A DNA stretch of 64,000 nucleotides from the NCBI RefSeq assembly GCF_006345805.1, contig NC_042997.1:72540001-72604000 (forward strand), written 5' to 3'. The translations under genes were made by a program, and so were the position numbers. Source of the stretch: Octopus sinensis. Taxonomy: Eukaryota. This document shows positions 1 to 12,020 of the stretch, in pieces (within the stretch, counting starts at the first letter, position 1; each line of letters starts with the position of its first letter). The notes under the pieces were generated by a model that had not been told where the DNA came from, ran no database searches, and saw only the letters and a list, made by a program, of their open reading frames with translations.

Positions 1-244
1 TTTTATTGAAATGTTTTCAATTTGTATTTGTAAGGTGCATGCTATGCGATCTCTTTGTTCCAGGAAAATTATTGACAAGAATAAACAACAAGTTTGACGG
101 ACGTCAGACGATATATCTAAATCCGTATATCAAATACCTTCTATGATTGTGAATGGTGTTTTCATTGCGACTTAATAGCATAAAAACTTTAAATATTTAA
201 CATTGAAATTTCATACAAAGGTTTTCTCCTTTTCGTTTCTCTAG

Positions 245-322
245 AATTCGAGGAGACTACATCAGCAGAAGAGTTAGAGTCTGTAGTCGAAGAGACGGAG
301 AATCTAGAACTAGAGACACCAG
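245..322 (+). CDS. Acidic-repeat mini-exon 1 (type A), EFEETTSAEELESVVEETENLELETP
   Basis: Polypyrimidine tract ttctccttttcgtttctctag, 78 nt, donor ag|gtatga, phase 1-1, no stop; one of 21 homologous copies. Confidence 0.8.
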
Positions 323-630
323 GTATGAATATATACACGTACATACATACATGCATGGATACATGCATGCATGCATACATACATACATACATACATACAT
401 ACATACATACATACATACATACATACATACATACATACATGCACGTGCGTCACAATGTCTATAAGAATTATTCAAATCTGTATTTCAGATGCGTTGTATG
501 ATTGTGTATGGGTTATGTATTATGTCCCAAATATTCAAACAACAAAAAAAAAAAAAGAGAAAAAGATAGCAAATTTTAATATTTAACATTAAATGTTTAT
601 ATAAAAGGTTTCCTATTACTATTTCTCTAG

Positions 631-708
631 AATTCGAAGAGAATACGGTACAAGAAGAGTTGGAATCAGAGGCCGAAGAGACGGAGAAGGTAGAGCTGGA
701 GACTCCAG
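631..708 (+). CDS. Acidic-repeat mini-exon 2 (type B), [26 protein letters not shown]
   Basis: atttctctag acceptor, 78 nt, ag|gtaatg donor, in frame. Confidence 0.8.
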
Positions 709-1140
709 GTAATGATATGTGTATGTGTGTGTGATTGCGTATGTATACACACACACACACACATATGTATGTTTATGTATTCATGTATATATGTATGTAT
801 GAAGTCAAAGTTACGCGTAATTTGGACCAGCACCTTAGGCGCTAAATACTTTTAGGGTTGGTTTTCTCTGTGTACACAACCGAAATATCATATCTGATAT
901 TTCGACTCTCACCAACCGTAGGCCGGAACCCCTGACGTTACCCATGTATGTATGTATGTATGTATGTATGTATGTATGTATTATGTATGTATGTATGTAT
1001 GTATGTATGTATGTATGTATGTATGTCTCTTAAATAGCTTATAAACACATTCCACGCTGCAATTGTTTTCGTTCCTGCACTCGATCTCTGATCAGGTCAC
1101 TTGCTATGCAAACACATCTCTCTCTCTCCCACAATATATA

Positions 1141-1197
<57 letters not shown>

Positions 1198-1449
1198 AGA
1201 TTCAGTTGAATCGGGTACTTAAGTTGATGCAGCTTGTTTAGTAGGGATAATACACACGCACAACAATGATTTGCAAATATCAACCTTGGTATATAAATTT
1301 TTAAAACTGTTAAATTATTGGAATGTTCTTCATTGTAAAGTATCCATCTAAGAAAACAGTTTCTTTGAGAATTGATATAATGTACTCATTAATCAATTAA
1401 AAGAGTCATTAGAAACGCCCGTAATGGATTGACAATTGTACTTCATTTG

Positions 1450-1490
<41 letters not shown>

Positions 1491-1577
1491 TATATATTAT
1501 ATATATATATATACATATATACATACATACATACACTCACACACACACATATATATATCTATATATCTATATATCTA

Positions 1578-1613
<36 letters not shown>

Positions 1614-1620
1614 ATCTATC

Positions 1621-1660
<40 letters not shown>

Positions 1661-1661
1661 T

Positions 1662-1706
<45 letters not shown>

Positions 1707-1880
1707 GGTCTAGGTAAATTCCAGCATGGTAAATTCCACCCGATAATAATCATCGGTGGTCAGTTTCTCTACACATGGGTCAATACCTATGTTATTTAAT
1801 GTCTAGCTCTCAAGTCTTAAGAAAGGAGAGAGCGAGAGAGAGAAAGAGAGAAAAAGAGAGAGAGAGAGAGCGAGAGAGAG

Positions 1881-1927
<47 letters not shown>

Positions 1928-2414
1928 TGAAGGTGAGATTGAAAATAATCTACTTGAATTGAGATACACTTTAATGTACTCTCATCGAGCAAGAATCTAT
2001 GAAAAAGACTCATCACAAAATTTCAAAAATAATATATTTTGGGATAAAGAAAGAAAAGATTAAATTTTAGCACACATTTTATTATAAAAATAGGATAAAA
2101 ATAGCAGCGAGTATATTGTGAAGTAGAGTTAGGATAAGAAAGTTAAAATTATTAAAAAAAAATTCTTAAGGCAATTTTTGTATAATACTTCTTAAAAATT
2201 GCATAGGGGCTTTCATTTTGATACTCTTGAACTATCTTCTTCAGTCGTGCATCAATAATTTGATAGGCCTTTTTTGTTGTTGAGTCTCCACGTCGAACGT
2301 GTGCAATTTTTGTCCGGATTAATCCTTTCTTAGATTTAAGGGTAGTGCATAGTTTCCACAAATTTGGATGTGTGTACGTTAGTGATGAGTGCAAAGCATT
2401 GTGGAACCCTTCTA

Positions 2415-2471
<57 letters not shown>

Positions 2472-2576
2472 TTCATCTTTAGTGAAATTTAGCATGTTGG
2501 AATATACCGTGGTGGAATTTACCTATGGTGAAATTTACCAGGTGGAATTTTCCGTGGTGGAATTTACCGGTTACCA
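1707..2576 (-). mobile_element. Mutator/MULE-like internally deleted DNA transposon
   Basis: Ends made of inverted GGTAAATTCCACC sub-repeats; minus-strand EGFHNALHSSLTYTHPNLWKLCTTLK...YQIIDARLKKIVQEY resembles a MULE transposase C-terminus. Confidence 0.6.
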
Positions 2577-2587
2577 TATACATAGGT

Positions 2588-2947
2588 AACAATATTGATA
2601 TCCTCACTGTTTGAAAAAACATTAGGAATGATCTCGTTTGAGATTACAACCATCTTTGGCTAGTTTAACCCCGTTGTGCCCACTGATCTGATTGGTTAGC
2701 GTCTAGCGCGGTCTGTCTCTCTACTTATTTCGCGCCAGTTTGTAAACTGACCAATCACGGCCTTCGGATAGGATCTTTCAACTGAGCCATCTTCTCTCTT
2801 AAACAGATGAAAGGCTTGTCGTCCTTCATTCATTTCCTTTGGCACTGTATAATATATCCATGTATTATGGCTTCTCTTACTATGTTAGGATGCGATCGTG
2901 CGGCGTACAAGAGGAGACCCTATCACCAACCTCCTTACATACGGTCG

Positions 2948-2978
<31 letters not shown>

Positions 2979-4065
2979 CTACAAGTGGTATATATTCCTA
3001 CAAGTGGTAACTTAGTGCCAGTTAATTTGACCAACCGTTCGAATATCATCTTCGCTTCCATCTTATCGCCGTTTTGTCTATGACAAAATGTCTGGCGAGA
3101 GGCTACATGTAGCAATATTGATATCCTCACTGTTTGAGAAAAACATTAGGAATGATCTTGTTTGAGATTACAACCATCTTTGGCTAGTTTAACCCCGTTG
3201 TGTCCACTAATCTGATTGGTTAGCGTCTAGCGCGGTCTGTCTCTCTACTTATTTCGCGCCAGTCTGTAAACTGACCAATCACAGTCTTCGGATAGTATCT
3301 TTCAATTGAGTCATCTTCACTCCTTAAATAAGCTAGTATTTTCACTATTTATCGTCTTTCGGCTTTAGACCTCCTAAGGTCTAGTCGGAGACCACAGAGC
3401 TACTCAGCCATGTTCCAGTTCGAATGACAGACGAGAGCCAACCAACCATACTATGAAGACGCTATTGTGTACCAGCGATAGACAGAACGTCATCACCAAC
3501 GTCGTCTACATCTCCGCCGATTTCAACGTGTATACAAGTATACAGATTAAACTCACGCTGTTTGTGTGAAACTTTCACCACGGAAAAACAGTTGCAGTAT
3601 ATATCTGAAAGAACAATCTATATCAAGAGAAACCTGCACAACAAGTGACTCAACTAGTCTCCGCTTCGAGACCCAAACCTTGTTATAGAACTTATTATCG
3701 TGTACCACATGAACTGGTAAACTAACTCTATCTTAACTCAATATGCTGGGACTTATCTTATGCTCTGTATTTCTGTTGTATTCGCATGCACCTTTATCTG
3801 TATTTTCTGTCGCACACACGAACACACAGACACAAATATTATACCACAACACTACGCTAGTAATCACAACTCACTTTGAACACTGTGAATAAAGTCTATC
3901 TTCTCTTTCAAACAGTAGAACGGCTTGTCGTCCTTCATTCATTTCCTTTGGCACTGTATAATATATCCATGTATTATGGCTTCTCTTAATACATGGATAT
4001 GCGATCGTGTGGCGTACAAGAGGAGACCTTGTCAGCAACCTCCTTACGTACGGTTATATATATTC
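2588..4065. repeat. Duplicated ~360-bp repeat (2588-2950; second copy split as 3112-3330 and 3900-4065)
   Basis: Direct near-identical sequence caatattgatatcctcactgtttg... and ggcttgtcgtccttcattcatttcc... Confidence 0.7.
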
Positions 4066-4169
4066 CCTACACATACATACATACATACATACATACATAC
4101 ATACATACATACATACATACATACATACATACACACAGACACACACACACACACACACACACACATATT

Positions 4170-5400
4170 TTTGAGATTAGTCACTAAACCGATGGGGGCA
4201 TACGACGGGGCTGAGTTATGTATGCTCATAAGAGCCTTTATTCTTCATAATCTGAAAATAGAATTCTCATTTATAGATGCAGGTTTATATAGGGATGACG
4301 GCCTTATAGCCACGCATAATCTAAACGGCCATGAATCAGATAGACTTAGGAAGGACCTTATTGCTTTCTTTCAAAGGATGGGCTTACGGGTTACAATAGA
4401 TGCTAACCTGAATAGTGTAGATATTTTAGACGTAAATTTTAATGTAAGGTCGGATAGATTTAAACCTTTCCGGAAGCCCAATGAAAAGCTATCGTATATT
4501 AGCAAAGATTCGAACCATCCACCAGTTATCCTTAGGAACTTAGTCAGCAATGTAGGTAGAAGAATATCTTCAATTTCTTCGGACGAGGCTGCATTCCATA
4601 ATGCTGCACCTTATTACGATAGCGCATTAAAGAATTGTGGATTCTCTGAGAAGATCCAATACAGCCAGCTTAATGCTGATAATAATGCTGCACGAAGAAC
4701 TAGGACCAGGAAAGTTTTGTGGTTCAACCCGGCTTTCAATTTGGCCGTAAAGACTAATATAGGTAAGGAATTTTTGAGATTAGTCACTAAACATTTTAAG
4801 CAGGGCCATAAATTCTATAGGATATTTAATAGAAGAACCCTGAAGGTTAGCTATTCTTGCTGCAGAAATTTCGCCTCTTACATTAGCCAGCATAATAGGA
4901 ATCTGATTGAGATTAAACATGGTGCCGAGCCCATTAAGAAATGCAATTTCAAAAATGAAAACTCCTGTCCGTTAGAAGGGAAATGTCTAGTGAAAGGAGT
5001 AGTTTATAGAGCCAAGGTATAAATAGAAGGCTCATCGGAATACAAGACATATACAGGGGCTTCAGAAAATTCGTTTAAAACACGATTTTATTCGCATAAA
5101 AATTCATTTAGATACCCAGAGAATAGGAAGAGGACCAGCCTAGCAAAATATGTCTGGGAACTAAAAGAAAAGGAAACCCCACCTTTCAACGTGACATGGA
5201 GCATTCTGGACAGAGCGGCACCATACAGGCATGGAGCACACAGGAATAATTTTAAATGCAATCTTTGCCTATTAGAGAAACTGCATATTTTATTCAAGGA
5301 CAATAATTCTTTGAATCAAAGAAGTGAGCTGATGAACTTATGTAGACACGCAACAAAATTTAAAATGTCAAATATAAATATACCATATGGATAGAGTATA
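4170..5400 (+). mobile_element. Penelope-like retroelement, 5'-truncated (RT C-terminus, thumb and GIY-YIG endonuclease)
   Basis: PMGAYDGAE, LYRDDGL, SNHPP, VLWFNPAF, CPLEGKCLVKGVVY, then after one stop KTYTGASENSFKTRFYSHK...CNLCLLEK...CRHATKF. Confidence 0.9.
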
Positions 5401-6587
5401 TATTTTGTATTTTTGATTTTTGAAATTTTGATTTTGACTCTTGGACTAGTATGTAAACGCGACGATGGATTCATTCCGTATAGCAAAGTCTCATGCATAT
5501 ATTTTGTTTATTTTGTTTATATTTCTACATATACCTTAGGAAAAACCTTCGGCTTTGTTTATTTCATGTTATTGTATTGTATTACTTTAATTTTTTATTT
5601 ATAGATGATCCAAAATAGGGTGTTATATTTTATATGTCTTTCGTATATTTTTCATTATTGCACTCACCATTTTTTTAAAAAAGCAATGTTGTCAAAAATT
5701 AGAATTTTGATGTAAATATGTGTATAGCCATGGATATGTATTTGTAAGCATTCGTCTCTGTGTATGTGTAAGTGAGCGTATGTTTGTGCTTAAGCACACA
5801 CATACACGACTGTATGTGTAGCACACACATACACGACTGTATGTGTAGCACACACATACACGACTGTATGTGTATGTATCCATTTGAACTTGTGTGTTTG
5901 TATACTTGTCTCTATATACATGTCAATAACGTGGTTACACAGCTTGTATACATAATTTTCTTATGTCGTTTTTTCCCCACCCCTCCTTTTCCTTTTTTCC
6001 TTCCCCCTTCTTCGTTCCTTTTTCTCTCTCTTCCTTTTTTTCGTTTAATTTCTCTAACTGATACTGGTGCATACAACTTTACGTCCCCCTCACTTAAGCT
6101 TTACTCCGTAAATAAGGAACGCTACATTAGCATCCATGATTTTAACTTGCGTGCGAGATAGATTGCGTATACATATGTATGAATGCATTTGTGTGTATAT
6201 TTTAGATTTATATTTATACGTCTGTATATGTATGGCGTTTGCACGCATCCTTCTGTGTATGTTGATATATATATGTACACTTTAATATGAATATGTATTG
6301 CAGTATAATATTTATAATGCGTTTTAATTTCCATGTATTAATTATATTTCCTTCATTAACGTCAATATGTATTTTATTCAATGTAAGGTTTTTTCCTCGA
6401 ATTTTATAATTTTTATAATTTTTATAATTTTTTAATATATATATACATATATATATTTTGAGCTCATTTTTTTGTTTATCGCTCGAAGATTGACCGTTAT
6501 TTCTAAAGGGCCAATCAAACAAGTCCATTTTTTAAAGGTGTAGCGTTTGTAAGAGTCTGGATTGAATTGATATATCGGTTCCATTCT

Positions 6588-6641
6588 AACAAAAACTGTC
6601 TGATGAACGGCAACGAGAAACTAAGAGTAACAGATTTTGTT
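6588..6641 (+). ncRNA. Type I hammerhead ribozyme motif (PLE-associated)
   Basis: aacaaaaactgt-CTGATGA-acggcaacga-GAAA-ctaaga-GTA-acagattttgtt; stem I 11 of 12 bp, stem III ACT/AGT, weak stem II. Confidence 0.7.
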
Positions 6642-6659
6642 GAATTTTCATAAGTAATG

Positions 6660-8260
6660 TTTATCGCATCGCCACATCAATATGGCTGTTCGACGTTACT
6701 ACCAATTTTAACCCCAGGAAGAGCCTCTGCCAGCTGATTATTGATGCAATGTGCACTCTGTAGACAGTGATGTATATTTAGCTTTACTCTCTGTTCTAAA
6801 ACTATGCAAATGATTACGTTACCTAACATTAAAACTGTTTGAAGTCGCATCGATATAATTATATAATGTCCTAGCTTCAGGACCGAACATTTGTAAACAA
6901 CATCATAAATAAGACACTTATTTTCAAAGGGATAGTCGTTCGGCAGGTCTTCTACAGTTACACGTATTCGAGCTCCTTGCAGAAGCGTTGTTCCTAGGTT
7001 AGTGTCATTGTTAATATTAGTTATTACTATTAAGTTAATGTTACTGCAATTAGTTCCGCCATTCATGTGTGTTTCTATTGTAACCAGGATTGTTGCCACA
7101 ATCTCTATTGATGTCCTTAGGGAAATTAGAGTTATTACATATGGAGCCAATAGCTTCGTCATTATGACAATTGACAATACTAGTAGTCCCGAAGGAGTTG
7201 TTCATACTATTACCGCGCCCAAATGCATCATTATCGTAAATGAAGTCATAATATTCTAATTGGTAAATGGTGATTGGATGAGCTAATAGAACACGAACAA
7301 TTAGAATTATCGCAATCTACATTCTTACATGTACTGGTCAAGCTCGAATTTACTATGTTAGATTTCAAAGTACAAATGGAAATATTATGGTTACCTACAC
7401 TATTCGTAAATAAATTCTTCAATGTTCTATTATTTATAGCAGCTATGCGATCAGCAACATTCGGGGTACTAGGATATGAACACTTAATCGCGTATCGTTT
7501 AAATATATTCCTATACCTAATTGAAGGAGGAAAGTTCTTTTCGAAGGCCGTAACAAATATATTCGGTAATCTAGATTTAATATTCACAACATAAGATAGA
7601 TTATACCAGATCATATCTTTGCTAAGTATTCTACACGTTTATTGAATCTTCTGGATTCATTGGCATTAAAAATATTTAATCTATCCTTCTTACTCCAAAA
7701 TATTTCGTTGAAGTTGGTACGTGTTCTACTAGCAGTAAGAATTATATCGCTATTTCTCCTTGTTAATTTCGATTTCTTAGTAGCAAAGATTATTGAATTA
7801 TCTAAAAGGGTTTATGCTGAATAGCAGCTGTCGATAATAGCTGCTTGAACGAATTTATAATCTCTCTTATGCAATTTGTTTAAAGCAATCTATAACTTCA
7901 GTAGTACTTGACCATAGGACTAACTCAACATTAAAAGTAAGTTGAGGAACAAATCTATCGAAAATTAACTTGCTCAACATACCCGTATCCGATCTAGGCA
8001 AATAAATCAATCACCATGAGGCTTTACTAACAAGATTCGGTTTGTGCTCTTTCATATTAATTTTTGGAGGTTTAGGTGTTGTAGGCTGAATAGGATCCTC
8101 CAGTCCGAGTCAACACTCTAATTTCCGGTATTCTTTGTAAATGTTCCTTAAAGTAGGGTTGGGTTCTAATTTATATTCTTTTTGGAGCTCCTTGAGTATC
8201 ATGTTTTTATAATACTAAGTTTTTATGTTGTAAAGTTTCCATATGTGTACATGTATATGC
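6660..8260 (-). mobile_element. Degenerate Penelope-like retroelement
   Basis: Minus-strand fragments IWYNLSYVVNIKSRLPNIF...IFKRYAIKCSYPSTPNV and YPFENKCLIYDVVYKC; many stops and frameshifts. Confidence 0.75.
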
Positions 8261-8687
8261 GTTTAGGGAAACATACATAACATCGATTTGACTTCTCTTC
8301 TTAATTAAACAAATCAATTACACACACACACACATATGTACATATACATTCATACATAATACATACATACATGTACATGTGTTTGTATATATATATTTCA
8401 AAATATAACGACGTGTGTATCGTTGGCGATTTTCTTCTTCCCTCTTCCTTTCCTTTGAATGTTCCATTTCTCCTGAAGAAGAGCTTTGCTCGAAACTTTA
8501 AATCCTCTTTCCCTCCTTTCCTGGGCGTCTGATAATACAGTAGATGTACCACGTCCTCGCGTTATACATTTTTCTTGTTTGTTCATCTTTGTATATTTAC
8601 ACACATACACACACACACACACCACACACACACACACACTCACATACACACACACATACACACACACACACACTTACACACACACTT

Positions 8688-8745
<58 letters not shown>

Positions 8746-9750
8746 TCATATACATGCAAGCGTACACACACATAAACACATATTCAAATATTGTGTTTGA
8801 AGCAGCTCGTTAATATACATCTTATGAATATCATATACTAAATGTATGTGTCGTTAAAGGCTTGAAAGTTGCGGTATTTCGTCTAAGAGATCTGCCTCTG
8901 AAAACCTAAGCTAGGCGAAACGAAATCGCGCTGAAAATGAACGAGAGCGACAGAGCCGATATTTCGCGGTTATTTTCGCTCATCAGTGTCATATACTCAT
9001 CTACTAGACGCGTTTCTGGGTCTTTAGCCTTCCTTTGTTGAAGATACTGAAAGGAGGTAAGACAGGGGAGATAATGAAGCCGTGCAAGCGTTACTACTGC
9101 TATATTTGTTCTGACCATGTGGTCTGCGAGCACAAATCAGCCACTGATATTGATTCTTCTACTAGTCGCTATCTCCTTAGAGAGGAAGCCTAAAGAACCA
9201 GAAACTCATCTAGAAGTCGAGGTTTATGGGTGTATAGACTGCAGATGACATCTTACTCGTCGAAACCTCACACACATATACATGTCTAAGATATGCATGT
9301 ATGTAGGCTGGAAGTATATATGCATAAATATGTGTATGGTTGATTATATTACCTACCTGTATTCGCGTTGTTTCTAAATATCCTGTTTTTTTTTTTCCAG
9401 TAGTGTGGTGTGGTTTAAATGTAAAAAAATATGCCTGCAATGCCTGAAATTGGATGTCATCAACAAAAAGTGTCTGAATTTGGCTCTCAATAAAATCTCT
9501 ATAATTTTATTGAAATGTTTTCAATTTGTATTTGTAAGGTGCATGCTATGCGATCTCTTTGTTTCCAGGAAAATTATTGACAAGAATAAACAACAAGTTT
9601 GACGGACGTCAGACGATATATCTAAATCCGTATATCAAATACCTTCTATGATTGTGAATGGTGTTTTCATTGCGACTTAATAGCATAAAAACTTTAAATA
9701 TTTAACATTGAAATTTCATACAAAAGGTTTTCTCCTTTTCGTTTCTCTAG

Positions 9751-9828
9751 AATTCGAGGAGACTACATCAGCAGAAGAGTTAGAGTCTGTAGTTGAAGAG
9801 ACGGAGAATCTAGAACTAGAGACAACAG
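9751..9828 (+). CDS. Acidic-repeat mini-exon 3 (A), ends ELETT
   Basis: AG/GT intact, 78 nt, phase 1-1. Confidence 0.8.
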
Positions 9829-10114
9829 GTATGAATTATATACACGTACATACATACACGCATGGATACATGCATGCATACATACATACATACATACATA
9901 CATACATACATACATACATACATACATGCACGTGCGTCACAATGTCTATAAGAATTATTCAAATCTGTATTTCAGATGCGTTGTATGATTGTGTATGGGT
10001 TATGTATTATGTCCCAAATATTCAAATAGCAAAAAAAAAAGAAAAAAAGATAGCAAATTTTAATATTTAACATTAAAAGTTTAAATAAAAGATTTCCTAT
10101 TACTATTTCTCTAG

Positions 10115-10192
10115 AATTCGAGGAGAATACGGTACAAGAAGAGTTGGAATCAGAGGCCGAAGAGACGGAGAATGCAGAGCTGGAGACTCCAG
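10115..10192 (+). CDS. Acidic-repeat mini-exon 4 (B), [26 protein letters not shown]
   Basis: AG/GT intact, 78 nt. Confidence 0.8.
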
Positions 10193-10293
10193 GTAACGTT
10201 ATGTGTATGTACGTTTGTATGTATGTATGTATGTATGTATGTATGTATGTATGTATGTATGTATGTATGTATGTATGTATGTATATTTATATG

Positions 10294-10400
<107 letters not shown>

Positions 10401-10401
10401 G

Positions 10402-10762
10402 TATAATGGACTCTTCCGTCGAAGACGACGTATGAGTGTCCAGCTTTTGCCGAACGACCTGCAAAAATAACTTGCTTATAGTAATCAAATGTACGTGGTG
10501 TAAACGGAAACTGAAAGAAGCTCGTCGTAAATATGTGTATATTTGTGTCTGTTCCTGTGTTTGTCCCCACAACATCGCTTAACAACCGATGCTGGTGTGT
10601 TTACGTCCCCGTAACTTAGCGGTTCGGCAAAGACTGATAGAATAAGTATTAGGTTTACAAAGAATATGTCCTGGGGGTCGAAGTGCTCGACTAAAGGCGG
10701 CGCTCCTGCATGGCCGCAGTCAAATGATTGAAACCAGTAAAAGAGTAAAAATGAGTAAAGAG
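10402..10762 (+). mobile_element. SINE 3' part in array unit 1 (copies at ~14387-14742, 18360-18721, 22295-22656; diverged copy ~26640-26995)
   Basis: Matches the 3' half of the full SINE at 59752-60180 (ggaaactgaaagaag...gatgctggtgtgtttacgtccccgtaacttagcggttcggcaaa...gcatggccgcagtcaaatg). Confidence 0.8.
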
Positions 10763-11034
10763 TATATATATATATATATATATATATTTAATTCAAATAA
10801 AGAATTCAAATAAACGGATTAAAAAAAAACGAAAGAAAAGGAAAAGAAAGAACGTGATGATATGAATAAGAAATGTATTAGCTTGACGCTCGGTGAAAGG
10901 AGAGTTTAATGTGTGGACCATAGCTCTTCGTCTGAAAGGAGAAAAAGAAATGTCCAAAGAAGGAGAAGAAGAAGAAATCGCCAACGGCCCATGTGTTGTT
11001 ACATTGCTGAAGTGTAAATGTTGTAAACTGTGTG

Positions 11035-11093
<59 letters not shown>

Positions 11094-11120
11094 TGAGAGA
11101 GTGAGAGAGAGATAGAGAGA

Positions 11121-11271
11121 TGTACTTTCATAGCAAGTGACCTGATCTAAGATCGTGTGCTGGAACGAAAACAATTGCAGCGTGGAAGGTGTTTATAAGC
11201 CATTTAAGAAACACACAAAAACCGTTAGATTCACTTCAACATCTAAATTTGATTTGTCGAAATATTTTGTA

Positions 11272-11348
<77 letters not shown>

Positions 11349-11354
11349 ATCTAC

Positions 11355-11420
<66 letters not shown>

Positions 11421-11451
11421 CTCTCTCTCTATATATATATATACATACACG

Positions 11452-11513
<62 letters not shown>

Positions 11514-11857
11514 AACAATTGCAGCGGGGAAGATGTTTATAAGCCATTTAAGAAACACACAAAAACTGTTAGATTCATTTCAACATTTAAATTTAATTTG
11601 CCAAAATATTTTTGTCGCTTTGAGACCGCGACCTGTCACTGACAAAAATCATCTGAGCATCAGAGCATTATATGCAGCGCGGAATTTTGTCGGTGAACAG
11701 GTCGCAGTCTCAAGGCGACAAAAATATGTTGGCAAATGAAATTTAAATGTTGAAGTGAATCTAACGGGTTTTGGCTTATAAACACCTTCCACGCTGCAAT
11801 TGTTTTCGTTTGCGTTGCAGCACGATCTCAGATCAGATCACTTGCTATGCAAGTACA
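11121..11857. mobile_element. Fold-back/MITE-like palindromic element (copies 15111-15840, 19076-19809, 23028-23718; right arm alone ~1035-1120)
   Basis: tgtactttcatagcaagtgacctgatc... inverted against ...gatcacttgctatgcaagtaca; inner palindrome gtcgctttgagaccgcgacctg / caggtcgcagtctcaaggcgac. Confidence 0.75.
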
Positions 11858-11914
<57 letters not shown>

Positions 11915-11977
11915 CCTCTCTGTATATATATATATATATAAGATTCAGTTGAATAAGGTTTGGATTCAGTATATATA

Positions 11978-12020
<43 letters not shown>

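Noticed and set aside
3925-5022. 365-aa ORF as a cellular gene
   Set aside because: Chimera of a repeat fragment, (CATA)n/(CA)n read-through and a Penelope RT fragment.
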